Assembly: GCA_964389675.1 (NCBI GenBank)
Contig: CAYMEV010000001.1
Coordinates: forward strand, 282,539 to 330,654
Length of the DNA: 48,116 nt
Direction: 5' to 3'
DNA from: an uncultured Candidatus Sumerlaeota bacterium
GTDB lineage: Bacteria; CAYMEV01
Shown: positions 1-9,794 of the stretch, in pieces
Layout: each line of letters starts with the position of its first letter
Numbering within the stretch: the stretch's first letter is position 1
Translations under genes and position numbers: made by a program
Notes under the pieces: generated by a model
Seen by the model: the letters and a program-made list of their open reading frames with translations, nothing else
Database searches by the model: none
Told to the model about the DNA's origin: nothing

Positions 1-983
1 CTGTCATTTATCAGCTTTTCAGCAAGCTCTGCGATCTCGCCCGCTGAACCTCCCTTTGCCATATAACCCATCCGCCCCTGGATAAAAAAATCAGGAATCC
101 CCCCCACATCATTTGTAATTACAGGCAGGCCGAAAGCAATAGCCTCCACCATGGCAATCGGCATGGAATCCATGCAGGTGGGCAGGATAAAAATGTCAGA
201 TTGTGCAAACAGCCTTCTTTTTGCCTCCCCTTCGACATTCCCTTCTATAACAATGCCTTCATAATGCATGGATTTTATATATCTTCTCAGCCTGCCAAGC
301 ATGCTCCCTTCCCCTGCAACGCTTAAAAGTATTTTATCATGCCTTTTCTTAAGTATTGCATAGGCATCAACTGCCTCAAATATCCCCTTCTGCCTTTCAA
401 TCCTTGATAGAAAAAGCATTTTTAGGCAGTCATCCTCATTATTAAATCTCCTGTGTATATCATTTTCAGAAAATTCCCCTATAAGAGCATCATCAGCAAA
501 TGTTGATTCCTTTATTATTTTCCCTCTGTATCCCCATTCTTTCAGCTTAATGCCGGCACTTTCTGTCATGGCTGTAATGCTTGAGCTGTAGAAGAAGAGC
601 CGGCGGTATATCCTGCCTGCCATGCCCTTTTCAATATGTTTCTCAAACATTTTGTTCCATCCGTGATATGACAGCAAAACCCTTTTTCCAGTTATTCCCG
701 ATATAAGCATAAATGCTGAATCCCTCAATACAGCCGCCGGGCTGAAGGTTGAATTTATATGTATTAATGATACTTTCCCGAGGCATATAATAAAAAACCT
801 GAAATAATCATAAAGAAGGATAAACGGGCTGCTAAGCCTGAAGAACACGCCCTCTCCCCTTCTTCCCCTGACAAAGCACCTTATTTTACCCCGCAGGTAT
901 TTTGAAAGGACTCTCCAGTATGATGCCTGGCCTCCTGCCTTCTTCGGTGAAGGGATAAGAACAAGTATTTTATTCTCTTTCAT
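1..983 (-). CDS. GT4 glycosyltransferase, 3' end truncated by the window edge (not in ORF track)
   Basis: Manual minus-strand translation: MKENKILVLIPSPKKAGGQASYW...MLFLSRIERQKGIFEAVDA...SDIFILPTCMDSMPIAMVEAIAFGLPVITNDVGGIPDF, the GT4 C-terminal signature. ATG at 983 lies 7 nt after a TATAAT; alternative ATG at 992. Confidence 0.88.
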   Translation of the reverse strand, partial: MKENKILVLIPSPKKAGGQASYWRVLSKYLRGKIRCFVRGRRGEGVFFRLSSPFILLYDYFRFFIICLGKVSLIHINSTFSPAAVLRDSAFMLISGITGKRVLLSYHGWNKMFEKHIEKGMAGRIYRRLFFYSSSITAMTESAGIKLKEWGYRGKIIKESTFADDALIGEFSENDIHRRFNNEDDCLKMLFLSRIERQKGIFEAVDAYAILKKRHDKILLSVAGEGSMLGRLRRYIKSMHYEGIVIEGNVEGEAKRRLFAQSDIFILPTCMDSMPIAMVEAIAFGLPVITNDVGGIPDFFIQGRMGYMAKGGSAGEIAELAEKLIND

Positions 984-1075
984 CTCCGGCATTATAAATT
1001 TATTTGCAAATAGTAAGATCTAAATTTATGCTACTGATAAATCTATCATATAAACAGGCTCATATACAGATAAAA

Positions 1076-2161
1076 ATGGCAAGGATACTATTCAGCTTAA
1101 GCTCCTACGGTACAGGGGGAAAGGAAAAACAGCTCACAGAGATAATACGCGGCATGAGGCACCACAGCATACACCTCCTGTGCAAGAATTACTCCGGGCA
1201 TTTCTTCCCGTCCATAAGATCCTGCCTGGACAGCTGCCTGGACCTGGGCAAAAAAAGGCTTTCCCCTTCAGACCTTCTTAGAATAAAAAGATATGTAAAA
1301 GGCATAAAACCAGATATAGTCATTCCCTTCTGCTTTACAAATGCCAATATAATGCTCTCGCTGAAACATATCTTTCTCATGAAATACCATATCCTGAACT
1401 ATACCATAAGGGATGTGATGCCCTTCGGGAACAGGTCATACCTTATAAACAGAATATTCCTCAACCTCCAGAAACATGTCATAGCAAATTCCCTTGCAGG
1501 CCTGAAGGCATACAGGCAGGACGGGAAAAAGGGCAGGTATGTTATAAGAAACGGCTATGATACTTCAAAAATTCTAAAATCCGATCCATCTGAAGCAAGA
1601 AAGGCTCTTAATCTTGATGATGATTCTTTTATCATATCCATGATTGCAAGGCTTGATAGGACAAAGGACCATGACACACTGCTTCAAGCAGCATCATATC
1701 TGAAGGATAAGGGATTAAATGATATGATCTTTCTTATTACAGGGGATGGAGAAAAAAGAGAATACCTTGCCGACAGGATAATAAGCCTCGGTATTGAAGA
1801 TTCAGTAAAAATGCTTGGATACAGAAAAGACATAGAGAATATACTCATTGCATCAGACATCTCACTTCTTCTTTCATACAGTGAAGGCATTCCAAACTCC
1901 ATTCTGGAATCTTTTGCATACCGAAGGCCTGTTATAGCAACCGGCTCAGGAGGCATCCCGGAGATCATAGAGGACGGCTCTGAAGGATTCATACTGGATC
2001 AGGGGAATTATAAGGCAATTGCTGAGAAAATACTCTTTCTAAGAAATAATCCAGAAATGATCCAAAAAATGGGAAATAACGGCTACAATAAGCTGCTCGG
2101 CAGTTTCAGAATGGACAGGCTTCTATTAGAGCTTGAGGAGCTGATAGTAAAACTGCTTTGA
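1076..2161 (+). CDS. GT4 glycosyltransferase
   Basis: GTGGKEKQL N-terminal motif, IARLDRTKDH, SYSEGIPNSILESFAYRRPVIATGSGGIPEII. Start moved from TTG 1004 to ATG 1076 (MARILF). Confidence 0.9.
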   Translation: MARILFSLSSYGTGGKEKQLTEIIRGMRHHSIHLLCKNYSGHFFPSIRSCLDSCLDLGKKRLSPSDLLRIKRYVKGIKPDIVIPFCFTNANIMLSLKHIFLMKYHILNYTIRDVMPFGNRSYLINRIFLNLQKHVIANSLAGLKAYRQDGKKGRYVIRNGYDTSKILKSDPSEARKALNLDDDSFIISMIARLDRTKDHDTLLQAASYLKDKGLNDMIFLITGDGEKREYLADRIISLGIEDSVKMLGYRKDIENILIASDISLLLSYSEGIPNSILESFAYRRPVIATGSGGIPEIIEDGSEGFILDQGNYKAIAEKILFLRNNPEMIQKMGNNGYNKLLGSFRMDRLLLELEELIVKLL

Positions 2162-2168
2162 TAATAGG

Positions 2169-3404
2169 CTATTTCCTGATCCTTATATTGATTATCCTGC
2201 CAAATACACAGGAAATATAAATAAACCAGAAGGGAACTGTAATATAAAACATGCGCTTGTATGCACTCAGCAGACTGCTTCCGAAAAGATAAACAAGGAT
2301 AAATAAAAGGATCAGAAAGATCTCCTCCGGCATCTTCCTTAAGTTAAGGATGCCCATAAACAGGCTGGCTATAAGAAATGGCAGAAGGAACATATTCGGT
2401 ATTATGGTAAAGAGAGCCCTTTTTGCATCCTGTCCTTCAAAGGGATATGAAAAAAGCATCCTTCCTATATTTGCAATCCAGTTGCGAAGATATTTTCCGG
2501 GATTATTCCTTATGTTTATAAAAGCCCGGTTTGTAAGCTCAATATCCCTTGACACCGGGTCCATTTCAAGCACGCTATCAATATACTCACTGTGGTCAGG
2601 ATCGCCTGCAAGCTCTTCAAGGCTGTGCCAGTCGCCATGTTCATTCTCATAAGGCGTACTCATTGTGTATAGCGACAGCCCGCCGTTGTCAGCCCAGTAA
2701 AAGAACCTGCCCGTAAGTCTCCATGTATAATAAAGATACGGCATACAGATCACAAGAGCCAGAAGGAATATAAGGAAAGATGTCTTATATTTCTCGGACC
2801 TTTTTATAAGGTTTAAGAAAAGAAGTATCATTATCATTATAACTATACAATAGCCGAACATAACCCTTGTCAGCGCAAGGTAAGCCACAGCCAGTGATGC
2901 CGGGAATACCATTGCCGGATTGATATTCTTCCCGGAAAAGCACTTCAAAAAAAGAAGGCATATAAAGCTTATAAGAAACCACGAAAGGCATTCTGTCAGT
3001 ATAAATGGGAGTGAAGCAAATACGGGCAGGTATATCCCGAGAAGGAAAGACAGGCGGAAGGCAGTCTTTTCTGATACATAGAGCGTGAATGCCTTATAGG
3101 AGAAGATGAGCGAGAGATAAAGCAGAACTCCGTTGGCTATCCTTATTGCAAGCAGGGGCAGTTTCAATGCCAGAAAAGGCAGTATGAACAGCGGGTAGCC
3201 AGGCCCGCTGCGCAGGTAAATATCATGGCCACCCGGGGAATAAAAACCGCTCAACAGGTTATATGCAAGCTTTAAGTATCTGCTTTCATCCCCGAAGAAC
3301 TGCTCAGGCCTGAATACCAGCACCACGGCAATATAAAGCAAAAGGAAAGGCAGAAGCTTAATTCCTGTTTTGAGTTCTGAAAGCCGATTTACGAACTTGC
3401 CCAT
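2169..3404 (-). CDS. GT-C fold integral-membrane glycosyltransferase (ArnT/PMT, GT39/GT83-like)
   Basis: About 10 hydrophobic segments; acidic GDESRY motif after the first TM, followed by PGYPLF. Confidence 0.7.
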   Translation of the reverse strand: MGKFVNRLSELKTGIKLLPFLLLYIAVVLVFRPEQFFGDESRYLKLAYNLLSGFYSPGGHDIYLRSGPGYPLFILPFLALKLPLLAIRIANGVLLYLSLIFSYKAFTLYVSEKTAFRLSFLLGIYLPVFASLPFILTECLSWFLISFICLLFLKCFSGKNINPAMVFPASLAVAYLALTRVMFGYCIVIMIMILLFLNLIKRSEKYKTSFLIFLLALVICMPYLYYTWRLTGRFFYWADNGGLSLYTMSTPYENEHGDWHSLEELAGDPDHSEYIDSVLEMDPVSRDIELTNRAFINIRNNPGKYLRNWIANIGRMLFSYPFEGQDAKRALFTIIPNMFLLPFLIASLFMGILNLRKMPEEIFLILLFILVYLFGSSLLSAYKRMFYITVPFWFIYISCVFGRIINIRIRK

Positions 3405-3410
3405 ATATTA

Positions 3411-3437
3411 ATGATACCAATTTTTCGAATTTGTCAA
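3411..3437 (-). promoter_or_regulatory. Extended -10 promoter, probably leaderless
   Basis: Minus strand reads TTGACA-15-TATCAT (preceded by TGn)-6 nt-ATG; no SD. Confidence 0.55.
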
Positions 3438-3492
3438 AATATATTGTATTTTTGGCCACATCTTTTATACTCATCTTAAATTACCATAAAAG

Positions 3493-5007
3493 ATGGCGTT
3501 TATGAACCAGAGAAGACACGGCATTATTCTTTCCTATTTTGACCTGTTCATACACATCGCCATAGGTCTCCTTTTTCTCCCTTTCATGCTGAGGATGCTG
3601 GGAAAGGGACAGTATGGCATATACGCCATAGCAGGCTCCCTTGCAGGGTATATGCTGATAATGGATTTCGGCCTGAGCAACGGTATAGTAAGGTATATTT
3701 CCAGATACAGGGCACAGAATGACAGGAAAAGCGAGGAAAGCTTTCTTTCTGTCATCTTTATGCTTTATCTGTCAATATCTATTATCGTTATTGTGGCAGG
3801 CTTTATAATAAGGATATATATACCGGATATATTTGCCGGTTCCCTTGATATAGAAGAATCGGAGAAGCTTCAGATAATTTTCGGCATTTTCATTCTGGGC
3901 TTTGCCTTCTCCTTTTTTTCAAATGCATTTACCGGCATACTCAAAGCATATGAAAGGTTTGTATTCATAAATATCTCGAATATAATAAGACAGCTCGTCC
4001 GTGTCTCTGTCCTTGTAATCTTCCTGAAGCTGGGCTATAAAATAATTGCAGTAGCAATTATTGAGACCTCCATAGCCATTCTCTTTTCCGTTGCCAGCTT
4101 CATATATATCTCTCTTATACTGCGGATAAGGCCAAAGTTTCATCATGTAAGCAGAAGCTATATTGCTGACATATTCAGGTATTCTTTCCTGATATTCATC
4201 ATGGTCATAGCTGATGAAATATACTGGAAGCTGGACAATATCATACTGGGCATCATGACAAACGCAGGCATTGTTGCCGTATATGCTGTAGGCATGCGCC
4301 TGTGCATGTATTTTATGCGCTTTTCCGTGTCCATAATTAGGGTCTTTTTCCCGCGGATCGTTCATATGGTGGAGAAAAATGCCACAGGGAAAGAGCTTAC
4401 CGACATAATGATAAGGACAGGGCGTATCCAGGCACTTGTTATGTGGCTGCTGGCTTCAGGATTCATGCTCTTCGGCAGGAGCTTCATTATCTTATGGGTA
4501 GGAAGAGAGTATATAGATGCCTATTATATAGTCCTGCTGATCATGCTCCCATTATCAGTCTTCCTTACGCAGAACATGGGGATACATATACTGCAGGCAA
4601 AGGACAGGCACTATTTTCGATGCAGAGTACTCTTTATAATAAGCCTTATTAATATCGTACTGACAGTAGTGCTAATAAGGCTCTATGGCATCCTGGGAGC
4701 CGCAGCGGCAACATCAGCAGGGCTTTTTCTGGGCAATATAATCCTCCTTAACATATACTATCACAGATCAATAGGGCTGGATATGATAAGGTTCTACAAA
4801 GAACTCTGTAAGGGTATTCTTCCCTCACTTTTTATAATATCAGCTGCAGGTTGGGCAATCTCTCTTTATAATGCCCCTTCCTGGGCTTCATTTGTCCTTC
4901 AGCTTTCCGCCTTTACTACCCTATATGCCGCTTTCATGTGGCGCTTTGCACTGAACAGCTATGAAAAAGGGCTTGTATTAAGCCTGTTAAAGCTCAGGTT
5001 CAATTAA
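3493..5007 (+). CDS. wzx: Wzx-type oligosaccharide flippase
   Basis: 504 aa, 12-14 TM; LGKGQYGIY, MDFGL, DNIILG, VAVYAVG, YGILGAAAAT motifs of the polysaccharide exporter family. Confidence 0.85.
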   Translation: MAFMNQRRHGIILSYFDLFIHIAIGLLFLPFMLRMLGKGQYGIYAIAGSLAGYMLIMDFGLSNGIVRYISRYRAQNDRKSEESFLSVIFMLYLSISIIVIVAGFIIRIYIPDIFAGSLDIEESEKLQIIFGIFILGFAFSFFSNAFTGILKAYERFVFINISNIIRQLVRVSVLVIFLKLGYKIIAVAIIETSIAILFSVASFIYISLILRIRPKFHHVSRSYIADIFRYSFLIFIMVIADEIYWKLDNIILGIMTNAGIVAVYAVGMRLCMYFMRFSVSIIRVFFPRIVHMVEKNATGKELTDIMIRTGRIQALVMWLLASGFMLFGRSFIILWVGREYIDAYYIVLLIMLPLSVFLTQNMGIHILQAKDRHYFRCRVLFIISLINIVLTVVLIRLYGILGAAAATSAGLFLGNIILLNIYYHRSIGLDMIRFYKELCKGILPSLFIISAAGWAISLYNAPSWASFVLQLSAFTTLYAAFMWRFALNSYEKGLVLSLLKLRFN

Positions 5008-5083
5008 TATTATTTTCCCCTGATCTATTATTTTTAATGGCTTCCTAAAACTGCTTAGATTAATTAAAATTTTAAAAATCTTC

Positions 5084-5112
5084 TTGATTAATTTTGACGT
5101 ATGCTATATTAT
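5084..5112 (+). promoter_or_regulatory. sigma70-type promoter for the FGE-domain gene
   Basis: TTGATT-17-TATTAT; SD AAGGGAGG before ATG 5201. Confidence 0.5.
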
Positions 5113-5200
5113 GTATTATTAGCAGGGAGTTTTATATACTTGTGAATTTCAGATTTTAATTTGTTCATAATGAATTATTTAATATAAGGGAGGTTTTTAT

Positions 5201-7486
5201 ATGAAAAAACCAATTATGATCTTTGCCGCACTGGTTCTAATCTTAAGTTTCTTTAGCTTTTCAGATACCAATATGGCGTTTATAAATTCAGATGGCAATT
5301 CTGAGGCATCAAGCCTCGAGAGCAATAAGTTCCTGTCAGAGGCAAAGGCAGCGCCCACTGCCCCTTCAGGACTGGCAGTTGCCACAGTAAACTGCACCCA
5401 GATACTGCTCACATGGACTGATAATTCCGGGGATGAGCAGGGATTCAAGGTTGAAAGAAGGGTAGGGGCCGATCCCTATGTCCAGGTAGGAAATGCAGCA
5501 GCCAATTTTGCCATCCAGTCACCATGGACAGGCACACTTAGCTACCTTGACAAGAACCTTGACCCAAATACTACCTATGAATACAGGATATGCGCCTATA
5601 ATATCGATGGAGATTCCGCCTATACTGCATCAGACAGCGATACTACCTACAACTACGGTGATTTCTATGTATCTGATGATATAGTAGGCAACCTCAGAAT
5701 AGTCCCGGGTACTGACAATGACGGTTTCACACAGGGTTCGCCAACCACGGAGCCATGCAGCTATACGGATGAGACTGAATTTACCCATATTTTAACCCGT
5801 GACCTTGCTGTAATGCCTACAGAGGTTACCCGCCAGATGTGGGCAGACCTCAAGACAGCCCAGTCCACACTGCCTTCTGACCCGTCAAATACTGGTATGA
5901 GCAGCACCATGACGCATCCTGTGCAGAATGTTACATGGTATGAGACCGTGCTTTTTGCAAACATCCTTTCCCTTGAACAGGGCCTGGAGCGTGTATATTA
6001 CAAAGATGAAGCACTCTCAACTGTCGTTGACAGCACGAATTATTCAAGCGGTGCTATCTACATAGACCCTAATGCCGACGGTTTCAGGCTCCCTACTGAG
6101 GGAGAATGGGAGCATTTCACCCGTGCAGGGACGGCCACCCCGTTCTGGATAGATGAAACAAACTATGATGCAACTACATGCACAAGCTCCGATCCTGCTG
6201 ACCTGCCATACCTGGCAACAGTCGCAGCCTACAGGGGCACTGAAGGAAGGAAACCGGCACAGGCAGCCCAGTATTCAGCCAATCCATGGGGCCTTTATGA
6301 TGTACATGGCAATGTATGGGAATTTTGCTGGGACTTGTACGGGACATACCCGACAGGGACAGTAAAGGACTATATGGGCGATGAGAACGGGACCAACAGG
6401 GTATGCCGCGGAGGCTCCTTTATTGGATACCCGAATGAGATAAGGTCAGCGGTCAGGGAAGCCAATAACCCTGCCAGCAGGAACAACAGGATCGGCTTCA
6501 GGCTTGTAAGGCCTGTTTATCATGATCATGTCTATGAACGTGATACCATAGCCGAAAATATGATATATGTCCCTGAAACAGGCTCAGCAGGATTTACACA
6601 GGGTTCACCCCTTGCAGAAGATCCTGATGAAGGAGGAGGTGACCCACCTTGCGCACAGGAGAGGGAAACACCTCAGTTCAACCATCAGCTTACAAGAAGG
6701 ATCATTGTCATGGAAACAGAGGTAACCAGGAAGATGTGGACAAAGCTCAGAGCACTCCAGACCACGCTCCCTGCAGACCCTAGCCATGAGATCTGGAGCC
6801 CTGGGCCAAACCATCCTGTAAACAGCATCACCTACAGGGAGGCAATACTGTTTGCCAATCTCCTCTCAGCACAGCAGGGCCATACTCCATGCTACTATGC
6901 TGATTCAGGATATACTGATGTCATAGATGCAACAGACTATTTGAGCGCTACCATATACTTTGACTGGGATGCAGACGGTTTCAGGCTTCCTACAGAGGGG
7001 GAATGGGAATATTTCGCAAGGGCTGGCACTACAGGGCCGTTCCATTATGATGAGCCTGCTTATAACGATACAAGCTGCGATGACAACAATCCCACCGAGG
7101 GTACACTTACAGTCCTTGATGATATTGCTGTCTACAGGGCAAACTCCCATAACGGGTCCTACAAAGGCTATACCGATGCCTCCGCAAGCCCTGTTAAAAG
7201 CAAGCTTGAGAGCCCGTGGAACCTCTATGATATTTACGGCAATGTATGGGAAAGATGCTATGACGGCTATCACAATGACCCTGAGGTTGATTATCCTTCA
7301 ACTGGCCAGACAGATTATATCTCCTCATCCACAGAAGCAGCAAGGATCCACAGGGGAGGCGGATTCTGGAGCCGTGCAGAGCACTGCAGGTCAGCAGTGC
7401 GCTACAGCTACAGGGCTGAAACAGCCATAGGGTTCCGCCTTGTAAGGACCATTACACTGTCCAAATTCAGCCGTAAGATAAAATAA
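5201..7486 (+). CDS. Secreted FN3 plus two tandem FGE-sulfatase (SUMF1, C-type-lectin fold) domain protein
   Basis: Signal peptide; FN3 (PTAPSGL...LTWTDNS...GFKVER...LDPNTTYEYRICAYN); two copies of TEVT...GFRLPTEGEWE...PWxLYDxxGNVWE...RGG...IGFRLVR. Confidence 0.88.
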   Translation: MKKPIMIFAALVLILSFFSFSDTNMAFINSDGNSEASSLESNKFLSEAKAAPTAPSGLAVATVNCTQILLTWTDNSGDEQGFKVERRVGADPYVQVGNAAANFAIQSPWTGTLSYLDKNLDPNTTYEYRICAYNIDGDSAYTASDSDTTYNYGDFYVSDDIVGNLRIVPGTDNDGFTQGSPTTEPCSYTDETEFTHILTRDLAVMPTEVTRQMWADLKTAQSTLPSDPSNTGMSSTMTHPVQNVTWYETVLFANILSLEQGLERVYYKDEALSTVVDSTNYSSGAIYIDPNADGFRLPTEGEWEHFTRAGTATPFWIDETNYDATTCTSSDPADLPYLATVAAYRGTEGRKPAQAAQYSANPWGLYDVHGNVWEFCWDLYGTYPTGTVKDYMGDENGTNRVCRGGSFIGYPNEIRSAVREANNPASRNNRIGFRLVRPVYHDHVYERDTIAENMIYVPETGSAGFTQGSPLAEDPDEGGGDPPCAQERETPQFNHQLTRRIIVMETEVTRKMWTKLRALQTTLPADPSHEIWSPGPNHPVNSITYREAILFANLLSAQQGHTPCYYADSGYTDVIDATDYLSATIYFDWDADGFRLPTEGEWEYFARAGTTGPFHYDEPAYNDTSCDDNNPTEGTLTVLDDIAVYRANSHNGSYKGYTDASASPVKSKLESPWNLYDIYGNVWERCYDGYHNDPEVDYPSTGQTDYISSSTEAARIHRGGGFWSRAEHCRSAVRYSYRAETAIGFRLVRTITLSKFSRKIK

Positions 7487-7496
7487 AACTTAAAAT

Positions 7497-8591
7497 TTAA
7501 ACAGAGGGCCAGTGGGGATTCCCCCCTGGCCCTTTTTCTTTTATAAGGCTGATTAAAAGGTTCTCCAGATCATCTATTCCCTTTTCAAAAGAAAAATATC
7601 CAGTTGCAAAATCATAAGCCCTCTTCCCCATTTCCTCCCTTAGATCCTTCTTTTCAATAAGCTTTCTTGCATATCTTTCAAACCTGTCCATATCATTATG
7701 AGCAGTATACCCTGTTTCCTTTTCCTTTATATACCCCCCCGGGTCAAACCCAAGGCTTAGTGAAGGCTTCTTCTGCATCCATGCCTGGACGAACACATTC
7801 CCGAATCCCTCAGGCTCACATGTATGGACATGGAACAGGCTGCTTTTTAATATACCGTTTATCTCTTCAAAACTCTTTGCCCCAATGTAATACAGATTAT
7901 CCGGACAGTCTCTGCCATCCGCTATCCACCTGTAGGCATCATCCGAGAGCATTCCTGCCATGAGGAAATCTATCCCCGTATCCCTCATCCTTTCTGCAAG
8001 CTCAATGAATTTCTCAGGCCTTTTTACCCTTCTTAAATTTGATACCCAGGCACAATAAGGACGGGGCCAGCTAAAATCAATACAATCACTCTCCATCAAA
8101 AGAGGCAGAAATACCTCCTTATCCGGGTCAATATTCCCCATGATCTGCCTGTTTATGGATATGATCAGGTCAGAATGCTTTACTGCCCCGTACTGCCACC
8201 TGTTCCTTATCATCTTGATAAACCTGATTACAGGGTTTCTAACCCTGTAATCAGCATACCAGGGATCCAGCATGGACCTGCTGCATAATACAAAGACAAA
8301 GGGTATATTCCTTTTTTTTACAGCCCTTAAGGACTGCCTGAGAAAGCTTCTGTAATACCTCCAGTAAATTATATCAGGCCTGCTGTCCAGTATAGCCCTG
8401 ATCAAGGACGCGCTGTCCTTCCTGCATGTTATTACATCATAAGGGCTTTCATAGCTTTTATTCCTACCCCCAGGGGCTATATATGCAATATAATGCCCCC
8501 TTTTTGAAAGCCCCCTTGCAATAATGTCGCTCTGTACCTCACTTCCACCGGGTGCATCCGCTTTATGGCTGTTTACTATCGCAATTCTCAT
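7497..8591 (-). CDS. GT4 glycosyltransferase
   Basis: PGGSEVQ, WVSNLRRVKRPE, EGFGNVFVQAW. Confidence 0.88.
   Translation of the reverse strand: MRIAIVNSHKADAPGGSEVQSDIIARGLSKRGHYIAYIAPGGRNKSYESPYDVITCRKDSASLIRAILDSRPDIIYWRYYRSFLRQSLRAVKKRNIPFVFVLCSRSMLDPWYADYRVRNPVIRFIKMIRNRWQYGAVKHSDLIISINRQIMGNIDPDKEVFLPLLMESDCIDFSWPRPYCAWVSNLRRVKRPEKFIELAERMRDTGIDFLMAGMLSDDAYRWIADGRDCPDNLYYIGAKSFEEINGILKSSLFHVHTCEPEGFGNVFVQAWMQKKPSLSLGFDPGGYIKEKETGYTAHNDMDRFERYARKLIEKKDLREEMGKRAYDFATGYFSFEKGIDDLENLLISLIKEKGPGGNPHWPSV
7505..7542 (+). terminator. Intrinsic terminator for the FGE gene, inside the 3' end of the convergent GT4 gene
   Basis: AGGGCCAG-t-GGGG att CCCC-c-CTGGCCCT hairpin followed by TTTTCTTTT, about 20 nt after stop 7486. 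Confidence 0.75.
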
Positions 8592-8597
8592 ATTTCT

Positions 8598-8626
8598 ATT
8601 ATATTTATTACCTTGCAGGTATTCAA
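8598..8626 (-). promoter_or_regulatory. sigma70 promoter, leaderless geometry
   Basis: Minus strand TTGAAT-17-TATAAT-6 nt-ATG(8591); no SD. Confidence 0.7.
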
Positions 8627-8650
8627 GAGCAAAATATCTTTGCTTAATTA

Positions 8651-9640
8651 ATGTATCATCATTATTATATATATCGGAGGTTTGTAAAAATATTTTCTGC
8701 AGTAATACCCCTTTATAATAAGCAAAAGCATATAAAAAGCGCCCTGGACTCTGTCCTGGGCCAGCTATATGAGCCCTCGGAGATAATAATAATAAATGAC
8801 GGTTCCACTGACAAAGGCCCCGATATTGTCAAAGCCTGCAGGGACCTGAGGATCATGATGATAACACAGCAGAACAAAGGCCCTGCCTCTGCCAGGAATA
8901 CCGGGATAAGGATAGCCCGGTACCCCTTTATTGCCTTTCTTGATGCTGATGATGAGTGGAAGCCTGATTTTCTGAAAAGCATAAAGGGCCTGATCAGAGA
9001 ATTCCCTGGATGCGGCCTCTATGCAACAGGATATGATGTTATAAGAAAAACAGGATCAATACAGAGCATAACAGCCCGCAGTCTATCCCCTGGCTGGAAG
9101 GGCATCCTTGAAAATTATTTCAAAACCTGCCTTAAGGACCAGGTGGTATGTTCCTCCTCAACTGTTATGCCTAAAAGCACATTCAGTAAAACAGGCTTTT
9201 TCAAGGAGCATGCAAAAAGGGGCGAAGACCTTGATATGTGGGCAAGGACAGCACTCATATCCGGTATTGCATATTACAATACACCCTGCGCGGTAAGGCA
9301 TCTGGATGCAGATAACAGGACAGCAGAAAATGAAGAGCCGAGAAGCTTTGTATTCCTTGAAGAAGCTGAAAAAAACAGAAATTACCCGTATCTTTCAGAA
9401 TATACAGCCAAGGTCCAGCTCATCTATATTGAATACCTTCTTAGAAATTCAGCCGGAGCTAAAGCAAGAGAAACACTCAAAAGCATAAAGGGAACAGAGA
9501 TATATAAGAACAGGTACAGGTTTTTTTATATCCTCTCATTTCTCCCCGGCATAATTACAAGATCTGTATTTTTTATTTTAAGGGTCTTTTCCTTTATTTT
9601 ACGCAGATTAAGAAGGCTGACCGGAAGAACCTGCAACTAA
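8651..9640 (+). CDS. GT2 glycosyltransferase (start codon uncertain)
   Basis: FSAVIPLYNK, INDGSTD, NKGPASARNTG, FLDADD, GEDLDMW. Confidence 0.88.
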   Translation: MYHHYYIYRRFVKIFSAVIPLYNKQKHIKSALDSVLGQLYEPSEIIIINDGSTDKGPDIVKACRDLRIMMITQQNKGPASARNTGIRIARYPFIAFLDADDEWKPDFLKSIKGLIREFPGCGLYATGYDVIRKTGSIQSITARSLSPGWKGILENYFKTCLKDQVVCSSSTVMPKSTFSKTGFFKEHAKRGEDLDMWARTALISGIAYYNTPCAVRHLDADNRTAENEEPRSFVFLEEAEKNRNYPYLSEYTAKVQLIYIEYLLRNSAGAKARETLKSIKGTEIYKNRYRFFYILSFLPGIITRSVFFILRVFSFILRRLRRLTGRTCN

Positions 9641-9735
9641 TCATCTTTGTAAAACATCAGGATTGCATGGCTTGCCTCTTTCTTCAATGATATTACCTTA
9701 TTACTCTTAGATATGTGCATTATTTTTATTCTATT

Positions 9736-9763
9736 TTGATAAAACATATAAAGCGGGTATAAT
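9736..9763 (+). promoter_or_regulatory. sigma70-type promoter
   Basis: TTGATA-16-TATAAT; AAGGGTG SD-like site before ATG 9795. Confidence 0.6.
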
Positions 9764-9794
9764 GTATATTATAAATAAATAAAAGGGTGCAACA

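Noticed and set aside
1004-1075. Extended N-termini from the ORF track (1004 TTG, also 36146 and 38031)
   Set aside because: Downstream ATGs (1076, 36035, 38019) fit family N-termini or SD positions better.
6395-7450. The ends of the two FGE domains as a DGR template/variable repeat pair
   Set aside because: They differ at many non-adenine positions and by an indel, both are coding, and no reverse transcriptase is in the window.
7734-7740. C7 tract (and several A/T runs of 7-8) as phase-variation sites
   Set aside because: Too short, genes are in frame, and such runs are expected at this composition.
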